A DNA stretch of 63,894 nt, the filler included, from Octopus bimaculoides (Eukaryota), in assembly GCF_001194135.2 (NCBI RefSeq). It is 10 parts of 8 records of this genome, joined end to end, with 100 filler letters (N's around TTAATTAATTAA, not from the genome) between each part and the next. Parts side by side here need not be neighbours in the genome. Positions count along the whole stretch, not along the records: positions 35,893 to 47,121 come from NC_068982.1; positions 47,222 to 50,138 come from NC_069010.1; 8 more parts are not named here. One strand, 5' to 3'. The notes under the pieces were generated by a model. The model was not told the origin of the DNA and did no database searches. It saw only the letters and a list, made by a program, of their open reading frames with translations. Positions within the stretch are counted from its first letter, which is position 1. The number at the start of each line of letters is the position of its first letter. Below, piece by piece: positions 38,654-49,480 of the stretch. The translations under genes were made by a program, and so were the position numbers.

Positions 38654-38699
38654 AACACAACGTTTCGGCTGATATACCCTCCAGCATTCATCAGGTTTC
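38654..38699 (-). ncRNA. Minimal type-I hammerhead ribozyme-like motif (Penelope-associated type)
   Basis: Minus strand: gaaac CTGATGA at GCTG-gagggtatat-CAGC c GAA ACGT T gtgtt, giving the core, stem II, a palindromic ACGT stem III and a stem I with one mismatch. Confidence 0.6.
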
Positions 38700-38769
38700 T
38701 TGGGAAAATTTCGAACCTGGGTTCTCATTCCTAAAGTATTTTTCGATGTTATTATTATTATTATTATTA

Positions 38770-38835
38770 TTCAGGTCACTGCCTGGAATCGAACTCGGAA
38801 TCTTGGGGTTAGTAGCCCGCGCTCTTAACCACTAC
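38770..38835 (-). pseudogene. tRNA-derived Pol III promoter region
   Basis: GTAGTGGTTAAGAGCGCGGGCTACTAACCCCAAGATTCCGAGTTCGATTCCAGGCAG. A and B boxes present, no complete acceptor stem. Confidence 0.7.
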
Positions 38836-39009
38836 CCGTGGGAATATGGCGTAGTTGTAAATAATGTAAATAATATACATAATTCCTCATCTCTTAAATA
38901 TAGAACTGTTTCTTTATGTTTACAAATGGGAGACATAAGGACACAGGAAATGTGTCAAGGCCGACAGGAAGCGGTGCAGCTTCCTAGGTCTAACTAGCAG
39001 TAGTATTAT

Positions 39010-41560
39010 TCTCTTCAGGGGACTGTCACATTAAGTTGACAGCATACAACTACTTCATTCTTGGCTTTGTTGTAAAAAAAACATCAAGATTGGTTTGACA
39101 ATAATGATGAAGAAGTTAATCTTATCTTAGAGGAGAAGTGAAAAGCATTTAACATGTTGCAAAATGTTGACATGTCAACGAACAGGACAGTGGCTACATA
39201 TTTCAAGACTGTAAAAGCAACAGTGCAGAGGAAGCTACGGATGATGCAGGAAAATTGATGGAGTGATATATGCGATGAACTCCAAGAAGCTTCAAATGCT
39301 AACAATTCCAAACTTTTTTACTCCCTCTTGAAAAAAGTTTATGGACCAGTTTCATGAAAGATTGCGCCCCTTCGGAGCAAGGATGGCACAGAATTATTAA
39401 CAAATCCTAAAGATATTGTTGGGAGAGGGAAAGAACATTTTGATGAGTTGCTCAATAGACCCACAGAAGTTGATCTCTCTTTTCTTGATAATACACCCGA
39501 GAGACCAATAAAACATCTTATAGCTGAAGTTCCAAACCTGGCTGAAATAAAATCAGCAATCAGGAAATTGAACAATTGAAAGGCCCCTGGAATGGATGGA
39601 CTAGGTGCAGAGATATATAAATATGGTGGTGATCATCTTTGTGCAATGTTGACGGATGTGATTCAGAGGGTTTGGCAAAGTGAAGACGTTTCTCCGGATT
39701 GGTGTGATGCAACTATGGAGATACTATATAAATCTAAAGGCGGAAAGGATGTCTGTGATAATTATCGCGGCATCTGTCTGTTAGCTGTTGCTGGAAAGGT
39801 CCTCTGTAGGGTAATGCTGGATAGATTGCTTCTGCTAGAATCGCAATATGGGTTTAGGGATAGTAGGAGTACTATGGATATGATATTTTCGGTTAGACAG
39901 TTGCAAGAGAAGTGCATCTAACAGGATATGGACGTATACCAGGTTTTCATTGACCTAACAAAAGCGTTTGACTCTCTCAATAGAATTGCACTTTGGGAGA
40001 TTCTAAAAAAGTTAGGATGCCCGGAAAAATTTGTGAGAATGCTTAGACAATTTCATGACAAGATGGAAGTGAGAGTTAATGTTGGAAGTACCTTATCAGA
40101 TCCAATTTCTGTAGAAAATGGTGGAAATCAAGGTGATATTCCTGCTCTTACACTGTTTGCTATATATTTCGCAATAGTCTTTCAAATAGCTTTTAAAGAT
40201 TGCTCTGAAGGCGTCTATATAAGATATAGGACAACAGGAAAACTGTTCAATCTCAAATGACTCTGTGCCAAAACAAAAGTTCTGCATTCTTACCTTGTTG
40301 AGTTTCTGTATGCAGATGATTGTAACCTGTTGGCACATTCTCAGAAAGATATGCAGCACATGGTGAATGCGATTTTTGAAGCATGAGCAGCATTGGGTCT
40401 AACAATCAATCTAAAAAAACTGTTATAATATACCAGCCCGCTCCCTCCAAGATGTATGTGGAACCTTTTATAACTATGAATGGTGAAAGGATGGAGACTG
40501 TACCTAGATTTATTTATTTAGGAAGTACCGTGAGCGCTGCTGGTCTTGATCAAAGTTCATACAGAATCAGCAGGGTTAGTAGTGCTTTTGGTAGGCTTGA
40601 TAGGCGTCTGTGGAAACAACATAATATATCTTCACAAATTAAAGTCAAGGTATATAACACATGCGTCCTCCCATCTTTGCTATATGGAAGTGAGGCATGG
40701 GTTATTTACCGTAGAGGCAGGTAAGGCAATTGGAACGATTTCCTCAATACTGTCTGAGGAAAATTTTGGGGATAAACTGGAAAATGGCCATTAGTAATGT
40801 GGAGGTGCTTCAGAGGAGTGGCAGTAGAAGTATAGAGTCAATGATTTTGCAAAGACGTTTGAGGTGGAGGGGACATTTGGTAAGGATGAATGATGAGCGA
40901 CTGCCCAAGCAGCTATTGTATGGTGAGCTGGAAGATGGCAGGAGACCAGCGCATAAGCCTAAACTAAGGTTTAAGAATTGCCTTAAAATGCTCTAATACA
41001 GACAGGAATTGCAGCTGGTAATTGGGAGAGGGAGGCACAAGACCGTGGTGGATGGAGGAAGATAGTGCATGATGGCTGTTCAAGGTTTGAGAGGGAGAGA
41101 GTGAAGTATGAGAGAATTAGGAGGGGGCTTAGAAGAGGGGAATCTGTGAAATATGAGAGAGTGTTGCTTTTTATGTGTGTGGTTTGTGGGCGGAGGTGTT
41201 TGAGTCGTGCAGGCCTGGTCAGCCATCAAAATTCTCATAGAAATCGATCCATGATAAACAATGATGTGGATATTAAAATGCATAACAGAACGTGTGTAAA
41301 ATGTGGAAGGGTGTGCCTCTCAGTTGGAGGTCTAAAAAGACATGTTAAGAGAGTGCATATGGTGGCACCTGTTTCTCTTGTCAGTCAGTACAATTGTCTA
41401 ATATGTAATAAAATGTGTAAAAGCTTGGCTGGGCTTAAAAGTCATACAAGGGCACCACATGGCAACAATCATGAATCATTTCAGTAAGTCTTCTTGGCAA
41501 TGGCTTTTCTCGTGTAACGAGGATGCGGCTGTGTGATGTATGTATGTATTTATATACGTA
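39010..41560 (+). mobile_element. 5'-truncated RTE-clade LINE (RT plus C-terminal C2H2 fingers), decayed, (TGTA)n tail
   Basis: KHQDWFDNND, KAPGMDGL.AEIYK, DNYRGICLL...GKV, ESQYGFR..RSTMDMIF..RQLQEKC, FIDLTKAFDS, QGDIPA..LF, LYADD, FIYLGS, LLYGSE.W, LRW.GHL.RM..ERLPKQLLYGEL. Confidence 0.95.
41065..41487 (+). pseudogene. C-terminal part of the RTE ORF with three C2H2 zinc fingers
   Basis: CVVCGRRCLSRAGLVSHQNSH; CVKCGRVCLSVGGLKRHVKRVH; CLICNKMCKSLAGLKSHTRAPH. Confidence 0.85.
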
Positions 41561-42039
41561 TGTACATACGTATGTATGCATGCATTCATATCTATATATA
41601 TATGAATATATATATGTATGGATGGTTGGCTGGATCTGCTGACTAATCTAGGCTGTTTTTTTTTTCTTTTTTTCTTTTTTGTTTTTTTTTTTTTGTAAGT
41701 TTCTGCTTCATTTGGTCCAGTTGATTGCAGTATACTTCGGCCGTGATTGATGGTTCCCGCACAATTGAATCAAACCCGGAATCAAATGGATGCGAAACAG
41801 TCATCTTAAACCTAGGTTATGCATGCGTATATATCAATATTAACAAATTATTTTTAGCTATTGTTTCATATTAATTTTGAGAACATACATTTTTGTAGTA
41901 TATGCATTTTTTTCGTATTCTGATTACAGTCATAACCCGATATTCGACTAAGAAAAACCATACAAAGGTGTGGAAGAGACAAATTGAATGGTTAATGAGA
42001 ATTAATTCAAAATTGATTTTATTATTTTTGAAGAAAGAC

Positions 42040-42455
42040 AGTGAGACGATAGAGTCGTTAGCACACCGGACAAAAGGCTTAGCAGCATTTCGCCCCTTTT
42101 TACATTCTGGGTTCAAAATTCGCCAAGATCTACTTTGTTGTTCATCCTTTCGGGTTCGAAGAAATAAGTATCAGTTGTTCACTGAGATCGATGTAATCGA
42201 CTAGCTTACTCCACCAAAATCCCAAGCCGTGTGCCTATAGTATAAATAATTAATACTATCGTGAAAGCGGCGAAGTGCCGGACAAAATACTCAGCGGTAT
42301 TTCTCCTGGCTCTTTACGTTTTGAGCTCATATGCCACCGAGGCTGATTTTGCCTTTCATCGATAAAATGAATACCAGTCGAGTGCAGGGTTTGATGTAAT
42401 CGATAAACCACCCTCCCTCAAAAATTCAAGCTTTGTGCCTATAGTAGAAGTGATT
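42040..42455 (+). mobile_element. Two adjacent diverged copies of the dominant SINE (42040-42245, 42263-42455)
   Basis: Two cores and two B-type tails. Confidence 0.75.
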
Positions 42456-42867
42456 ATCAGCATTTTGTCTGTGAGGTAAGGCCAGCCTCAATGACTTAAT
42501 TTTTTCAGGGTTTCCGAAGTTGATGGAAAAAGGCTGGGAGTTATCCAAATACCGGATATCTGATTTAAATTCCTGCAACTGAGTGAACTCGGTTAAATGC
42601 ACCAAGGGATCAAATGTTGGTTTAAAACCAGACAGCAGTTTAAGGGTACCACTCAAGAACTCCAAACGCATAAAGCCGAAGCAAATACAGTTTGGCATCT
42701 CGTCCGACACCTTAACAATTTTGCTAATCTACTTCTCTTGTTGTTAGTACCAGTACCCTCATAAGGTATGGGTACACTAAGCAGTTGCATAGGATCTTCA
42801 CATGTCTACGGACTCATCCATATATGCTGTAGCTTGTTGTCAATAAATATATACTGTAGGCCCCAGT

Positions 42868-43110
42868 GTGGAGGCGCGTGGCTTAGTGGTTAGCTTGTTG
42901 GACTCAAGAACCTAAGATTGTGATTTCAATTCCTAGACCGAGCGATGCGTTGCGTTCTTGAGTAAAACACTTCATTTCTCGTTGCTCAAGTCCACTCAGC
43001 TTGTAAAGGTGAATAAACCTGCAAGGGACCAGTGTACTGTCCAGAGGGGAAAATATATATATATATGCCACGAAAACCGGGAAACTGGCCTTATGAGTCT
43101 ATATGACAAG
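42868..43110 (+). mobile_element. tRNA-derived SINE of another family
   Basis: ggcgcgtggcttagtggttag (A box), gatttcaattcc (B-box-like), ...gccacgaaaaccgggaaactggcc. Confidence 0.7.
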
Positions 43111-43998
43111 GGAAGGACAGGGTTCCGTGCATTTATTTGCCCTGTGGCCTATAATTTTGCTAAGCTGGCCTGCCCTGGTAAGTACTTTATTTTATTGACC
43201 TCGAAAAGAAGAAAAACAAAGTTGATCTCACCTGTGTTTAACCCCAGAAAGCGAAGAGTAGAGCATACACAGCGAAGTATTTTGTCCTATGTTCTAATTG
43301 CTTTGCCAGTTAAGAAAATGATAGAAATTAAGATACGATTCCAGACTGAACCCACATTGACATGATGAAATCGTTGGAAACAGCGGAAGTGCGACGATGG
43401 CAAAAATGTACAGGAGAACATGAGTTCAGCTTTGTCAGACAATGGAACCCTCCTTTATGTTTCACTGGTTTTGCTGCTAAAGCTTTTAGCATAGTCTAAC
43501 TCTTGTCATTTACCGTCCTATTAACTCTGACGAAGGAATGATAGAATTTTAAGGTGTGTGGCATTGTCAACGATTTCATAATAAACTAATTTTCGAGGAA
43601 CCCTCGAAATCAGTTCGGCGAACTTCAACTGCAATGTTGTTTTCGATGGAGTTTGAACTCATTATTTAACGATTAATAAATTATATAATCGCTGTAACTA
43701 CATGCATGCACTTCATCTTTGACATCATATCAACAACAGGGTTGTCCGTATATCAAGAAGGTACTAATTTGTTTGTCCCCTCTTTGTAACGCCTCCAATG
43801 GCGAATTTATATGAAATANNNNNNNNNNNNNNNNNNNNNNNNNNNNNNNNNNNNNNNNNNNNNNNNNNNNNNNNNNNNNNNNNNNNNNNNNNNNNNNNNN
43901 NNNNNNNNNNNNNNNNNNTATATATATATATATATGATGGTACAAAAGCATAAACTGGCAGTCAATAGGTATCAAGTCAGTTTATAACTTTTTGTTTA

Positions 43999-44521
43999 TC
44001 TCTTTTTACTTCTAAATAATAAAAGCGAAATTCTGTCTGTCCGTCTGGGATCCCTGTATCTCAGCCCACATTTGATCTACATAGACATATACCTTTTTGG
44101 AATCAGGATGTTGGTTCTTCAACATCCAGTATTGGGATCGGCTTTAAAAGCATTTAGGTTGTTATTTCTCTCAGGTAAAACTTGGCTGATTCAAGCCATT
44201 TTAGTGTCGTTTGCTAGATGACGTCAGAGATCGAGGAGATAAATGATATTCGCTTTGTTAATTTTACGACGAGATTAGAACTTTGGGACAAATTGGTGAA
44301 CAGTTGGTATTCAATTTGGGACTGGAACAATAGAATGATTGTATTACAGAATTAATTTTCGTCCGTCCTTAACCTCTGATCAAACACTACGGGGGAATAT
44401 AGTCATTATAGACATATTATAGTCATGCTACTTAGCTCTCTTTAGTTTTGGGCCTCAGGCCCAATTAGCCCTCCGCAGTAGCCAGCTTAAAAGTCCGCAC
44501 AGAGTGCGGTCTTTAAGCTAG
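43999..44521 (+). mobile_element. Complete non-autonomous Helitron
   Basis: A|TC...taataaaagcgaaattctgtctgtc start, 3' hairpin ccgcacagagtgcgg, CTAG|T end, no TSD. Confidence 0.85.
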
Positions 44522-44545
44522 TACTTTATAAAACTGATTTATATC

Positions 44546-44757
44546 TTATTTCTTTATTGCCCACAAGGGGTTAAACATAGAGGGGACAAACAAAGGGATT
44601 AAGTCGATTACATCGTAACTGGCACTTAATTTATTGACCCTGAAAGAATGAAAGGCAAAGTCGACCTCAACGGAATTTGAACTCAGAACGTAACGGCAGA
44701 GGAAATACCGCTAAGCATTTCGTCCGGCGTGCTAACGTTTCTGCCAGCTCGCCGCCT
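44546..44757 (-). mobile_element. Dominant SINE monomer (tail A) with 13-bp TSD
   Basis: TSD ctgatttatatct (44534-44546) and ctgattgatatct (44756-44768). Confidence 0.9.
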
Positions 44758-44774
44758 GATTGATATCTATCGAC

Positions 44775-44975
44775 TACTTGTTAATACTTTTATACAGCTA
44801 TATGTTCAGATATATAGTCAATTCAAAGAAACAATTAAAAACGCGACGCTCGGTGAAGGGAGAGAGTTGTTGTTAACGTTTCGAGAATAGCTCTTCGTCG
44901 GAAACAGGAAAGTTCAAAGAGAAAGAAAGAAAAATCGTCAACAGTCCACGTGCGGTTACATTTCAAATATATATG
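44775..44975 (-). mobile_element. Penelope-like terminal fragment with a variant hammerhead-like motif
   Basis: Minus strand ttt CCGACGA a GAG ctatt CTC GAA ACGT T aac at about 44870-44905. Confidence 0.45.
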
Positions 44976-45003
44976 AATTAGAAGTAGCTCGCATGTTGTA
45001 AAT

Positions 45004-45201
45004 AATCCTTTCTACTAAAGGCACAAGGCCTGAAATTTGAAGAGAAGGGACTAGTGTTTCACTAGTACTTAATTTATCGACCCCGAAAGAATGAAAGGCT
45101 AAGTTCACCTCGGTGAAATTTGAACTCAAAACGTAGCGATGGACGAAATACCGGTAAGCATTTTGCCCAGCGTGCTAACGATTCTGCTAACTCGCCGCCT
45201 T
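45004..45201 (-). mobile_element. Dominant SINE (tail B)
   Basis: Inverted head, core and tail. Confidence 0.85.
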
Positions 45202-45207
45202 AGAATG

Positions 45208-45798
45208 TGTTGTAAATAATATCGAACACACATACACAATGTATGTGCTCTGCTAGTCCGCCGGTCCGATGCTTTTTGAGGCGTTGGAGATGACTCTCTC
45301 AAAAGCGCCGGAAAGTCAGTCAGACAGGCGAAACGACTCATGCTAAATTCGGATCAGGACCGATGGACATCGATGTCATGTCGTTTTTTTAACTTATCAA
45401 CACGTATGGATGTGTGTGTGTGTGTGTGTGTGTGCGTGTGTGTGTGTGTGTGCGTGTGTGTGTGTGTGTGTGTCGNNNNNNNNNNCCAAGACATATAAAT
45501 AGAGGTAGTCTGACCGTGGTAGAGGTGGACTGACGGTAGACTGACTGTTCAGTAGCTGTTGAGTAGCAGTCGCGTAGAGATCATCCGAAGGTGTGAGATA
45601 GCAGTAGCTTGAGACATAACAGTGTGTATAAGCAAAATAGCTAGTTGTAAAATCTCAAGAAGAGATCAGAGAGTAACTATACAAACAAGTAAAGACAATT
45701 GCCACATCAAAGTGGCTGTTCCATGTTACTACTAGTTTAAGTCCAGGTAGATCTTCCGTCAGCTGGTTATCGGTGCGATGCTGCACCCTTTATATACA
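45208..45798. mobile_element. Possible solo LTR containing (TG)n
   Basis: TG-start options at 45208, 45211 or 45240, TATAAATA box at about 45495, ends TACA. No TSD found. Confidence 0.3.
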
Positions 45799-45805
45799 AT
45801 ATATC

Positions 45806-45988
45806 TTGCTAGCAGGCGGGGGGCGAACCCCTACCATCCTCTAGTAGACAACAGGATCGCGAGATCGCTCTGGTGGCTGGGTGCTCGCAACTAAGGACGG
45901 GCCAAGTTGTTCGAAACGGAGTCAGTCTCGCAATGCCGTTGTCTTCTAGAGGATGGCAGGGATTCTCTCCCTCCCCACCTGCTAGCAA
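45806..45988. mobile_element. Fold-back MITE with about 65-bp imperfect arms
   Basis: ttgctagcagg...ccatcctctag.agacaac..gat.gcgaga versus tctcgcaat..gttgtct.ctagaggatgg...cctgctagcaa, with TA-rich flanks. Confidence 0.8.
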
Positions 45989-46174
45989 TATATATATTGT
46001 ATATAGTCTTGCAGATTTTTGTAGTCTCAGATATCGTGATCGTTTGTCGTGTATGAATTAAGGATTTTGAGTTCTCTCGCCAAGAACCGAAATTCGGTCA
46101 TACTTTTCTCCAGACGGGTTGATATGTATCCTGCTGCTCCAGTAATAATGGGTATGAAACTGAAGATGTATGTA

Positions 46175-46835
46175 TATTATTATTCAGCTTTATTTCAAGA
46201 TTTCTTACCAATAGAGAAAGAGCCCGTTTCTAACCACCGTCACTTGAATTTCAACAACATCAACAAGGTAGTTTTGCATGTATGTGTGCATATGCGTGGT
46301 ATTTGGAATCAGCGCGTGTGCAGAGTTGTATGTTTTGTTTTATGTATGTATTCTCATGCATATAGTTGCATGTCTAGACATGCGTATACATAGATAAATG
46401 ATAAACTTCTAGAAAGTTTTACAAATTTTTACACTTTCGGTGATGGCTTGCATCTGTAGTCTTCGAAATCAGTTTTCTCCTTTCTGGTTTTGAGAAGCCT
46501 AATTTCTCAAGACTGATACTTAGGCAGTGTAATACATATCTCAGTGCCCCAATAATTACAGGTATAAACCTGAACTTGTAACATGGGTGGGGTAACTGTA
46601 GATTTCTCAATAGTTCAGCATAGGAATTTTCCTTTTCACTGATTTTCGGCCTTACGTTAACATCTGCTGAGCAGCTGACTTCTACTATTCTACACAGTTC
46701 TCCCTTCTCTATACCAATCACTATCTCAGGTCTATTATGTTTACACTATATTGAAGTTTGCATTCCACCAATACTCTTCCTTATTATGAGTGGTTATGAC
46801 CTCTACCATACTGTAGGCTCTTATTTCTTTGGCCT
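46175..46835 (-). mobile_element. 5'-truncated RLE-type LINE with 3' UTR, in a (CATA)n context
   Basis: CRIVEVSCSADVNV..KISEKENSY..LLRNLQL..P.YKFRFIPVIIGAL...LEKLGFS. The 3' UTR ends gaaataaagctgaa plus catacat. Confidence 0.85.
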
Positions 46836-47097
46836 ATGTATGTACGTATGTACGTACTTACGTATGTATGTATGTATGTATGTATGTATGTATGTATGTA
46901 TGTACGTATGTACGTACTTACGTATGTATGTATGTATGTACGTATGTACGTACTTACGTATGTATGTATGTATGTATGTATGTATGTCATTGTTCGGTTT
47001 TATTTCAAGATTTCTTGCCAACAGAGAAAGAACCGGTTTCTAACCGAGATTCAAGAATCCTTGGAATTTCAACATCAGAAATAAGGTATTTTTGTTT
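46836..47097 (-). mobile_element. Second 3'-UTR copy of the same LINE (46987-47097) with long (CATA)n tail (46836-46986)
   Basis: ttttatttcaagatttcttgccaacagagaaagaaccggtttctaacc matches 46198-46240. Confidence 0.8.
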
Positions 47098-47221
47098 GTG
47101 TGTATATATATATATATATATNNNNNNNNNNNNNNNNNNNNNNNNNNNNNNNNNNNNNNNNNNNNTTAATTAATTAANNNNNNNNNNNNNNNNNNNNNNN
47201 NNNNNNNNNNNNNNNNNNNNN

Positions 47222-47260
<39 letters not shown>

Positions 47261-47504
47261 TACATATATATACACATATACATACGCAGATGTGTGCATA
47301 TGCATATACTAATATGTTTTTAACCTCCACAGAGAAGATTTCTATTTCCGGTCCATTCTCTTTTATTAAAGTGTATCACACCAGCAGTGCATAACGGATT
47401 AAATTCATAGTTCACTCAGGTGTGACGGTTAACACTTATTAATCAGTCACATGGCAGGAAAAATGTCCTAATATGGCAAATTTATCACTTCTTTCAAGTT
47501 GTTG

Positions 47505-47800
47505 TTGTTGTTTAGCCCCTGGTCAATCCTGATCCAGCAAACCTATGATCTAAGGTGTTCCAGCTGTGACCATCCTGTCTTTTATTCAGAAATAGTGTAT
47601 CTAGGACTACATTATCCAATGTGTTCTTCCTTCTTGTTGTTTAGCATCAGGTTAGTCTTTATCTAGTAGACTTCTGATCATGAAGTTTCCAGCTGTGACC
47701 ATCCTGTTTTTTTTATTAGACCTAGCGTATCTAGGACTACATTATCCTTGTAGATTTTACTGTTTAACCCCAGGTCAGTCTGAATCCAAAAGCTTGAGAA
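47505..47800 (-). mobile_element. Tandem partial copies of a SINE-like tail
   Basis: ttccagctgtgaccatcctgt...gtatctaggactacattatcc occurs twice, about 127 bp apart. Confidence 0.7.
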
Positions 47801-47829
47801 GAAAACCCATTAAGCTGAGCAAAATTACA

Positions 47830-48105
47830 GTCATGGCAGATACTGGTGTCATGCTAATTGGTACCCATACCAGTGGCACATAAGCGCACCTTGGTGTCAC
47901 ACAAGTGGCACCCATGCTGGTGGCATGTAAAAGTACCCATTACACTTTCAGAGTGGTTGCCATTAGGAAGGGCATCCCTCCATAGAAAACCATGCCAAAT
48001 CAGACTGGAGTCTGGTGCAGCCTTCCATTGTGTCAGCCTAGTCAAACTGTCCAACCCATGCCAGCATGGACAACAGACATTAAATGATGATGATGATGAT
48101 GATGA
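47830..48105 (+). mobile_element. Nin/Deu-domain-type SINE body with (GAT)n tail
   Basis: gagtggttgccattaggaagggcatcc core resembles the Deu/Nin domain (recall). Ends ccagcatggacaacagacattaaatgatgatgat. Confidence 0.7.
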
Positions 48106-48106
48106 C

Positions 48107-48420
48107 AATGGGCTTCTTTCAGTTTCCATATATCAAATCCACTCACAAAGCTTTGGTTGGTCTGAAGACACTTGCCCAAGGTGCCACACAGTGGGATCGA
48201 ACCCAAAACCATGTATTTGGGAAGCAAACTTCTTGCCACACAGCCACATCATATATTCTTTTACTTGTTTCAGTCATTAGACTGCAGCCATGCTGGAGCA
48301 CCACCTTGAAGAATATTTTCATCAAATGAAACCCGGTACTTATCCTATCAATCTCTTTTGCTGAACCTCTAACTTACAGGAATGTAAACAAACAAGCAGT
48401 GGTGGGGGACAAACATGCAT
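48107..48420 (-). mobile_element. CORE-like SINE head (48107-48250) and a separate SINE tail (48255-48420)
   Basis: Inverted cttgcccaaggtgccacacagtgggatcgaacc and cttgtttcagtcattagactgcagccatgctggagcacc. Confidence 0.75.
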
Positions 48421-49019
48421 ATATGTGTGTGTGTATNNNNNNNNNNNNNNNNNNNNNNNNNNNNNNNNNNNNNNNNNNNNNNNNNNNNNNNNNNNNNNNN
48501 NNNNNNNNNNNNNNNNNNNNNNNNNNNNNNNNNNNNNNNNNNNNNNNNNNNNNNNNNNNNNNNNNNNNNNNNNNNNNNNNNNNNNNNNNNNNNNNNNNNN
48601 NNNNNNNNNNNNNNNNNNNNNNNNNNNNNNNNNNNNNNNNNNNNNNNNNNNNNNNNNNNNNNNNNNNNNNNNNNNNNNNNNNNNNNNNNNNNNNNNNNNN
48701 NNNNNNNNNNNNNNNNNNNNNNNNNNNNNNNNNNNNNNNNNNNNNNNNNNNNNNNNNNNNNNNNNNNNNNNNNNNNNNNNNNNNNNNNNNNNNNNNNNNN
48801 NNNNNNNNNNNNNNNNNNNNNNNNNNNNNNNNNNNNNNNNNNNNNNNNNNNNNNNNNNNNNNNNNNNNNNNNNNNNNNNNNNNNNNNNNNNNNNNNNNNN
48901 NNNNNNNNNNNNNNNNNNNNNNNNNNNNNNNNNNNNNNNNNNNNNNNNNNNNNNNNNNNNNNNNNNNNNNNNNNNNNNNNNNNNNNNNNNNNNNNNNNNN
49001 NNNNNNNNNNNNNNNNNNN

Positions 49020-49318
49020 TTGAACTCAGAACGTAACAGCAGATGAAATGTCGCTAAGCATTTCATCCGGTGTGCTAACGTTTCTTATTTCGTTATTGCT
49101 CACAAGGGGCTAAACATAGAAGGGACAAACAAGGACAGACAAAGGGATTAAGTCGATTGCATCGACCCCAGTGCGTAACTGGTACTTAATTTATCGACCC
49201 CGAAAGGATGAAAGGCAAAGTCGACCTCGACGGAATTTGAACTCAGAACGTAACAGCAGATGAAATGTCGCTAAGCACTTCGCTTGGCATGCTAATGTTT
49301 CTGCCGACTTGCCACCTT
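49020..49318 (-). mobile_element. Dimer of the dominant SINE (second unit cut by a gap)
   Basis: Same junction gctaacgtttc|ttatttc as at 31618. Confidence 0.85.
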
Positions 49319-49480
49319 ACCTCTTTCAGTTTCTGCCTACCAAATCTACTCACACAGCTTTGGTCAGCCCAAGGCTATAATAGAAGAGACTTGCTCAAGG
49401 TACCATGCAATGGAACTGAACCTGATGCTGTATGGTTGCGAAGCAAGCTTCGTACTACTAACCTATACCTGCACATCCAT
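49318..49480 (-). mobile_element. CORE-like SINE head, diverged
   Basis: cagtttctgcctaccaaatctactcacacagctttggtcagcccaaggctataatagaagagacttgctcaagg. Confidence 0.7.

Larger units (their letters stand above)
38600..38874 (-). mobile_element. Composite non-autonomous element: tRNA-like head, (AAT)n and hammerhead motif, bounded by 19-bp inverted repeats
   Basis: IR attatttacattatttaca at 38600-38618 and 38856-38874. A box at 38824-38835 and B box at 38785-38796 on the minus strand. Confidence 0.7.

Noticed and set aside
38770-38835. Functional tRNA gene
   Set aside because: It has no paired acceptor stem and is followed by (AAT)n, so it is treated as a SINE-type head.
43520-43560. CTGACGA hammerhead core half
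   Set aside because: No stem II or GAAA partner downstream.
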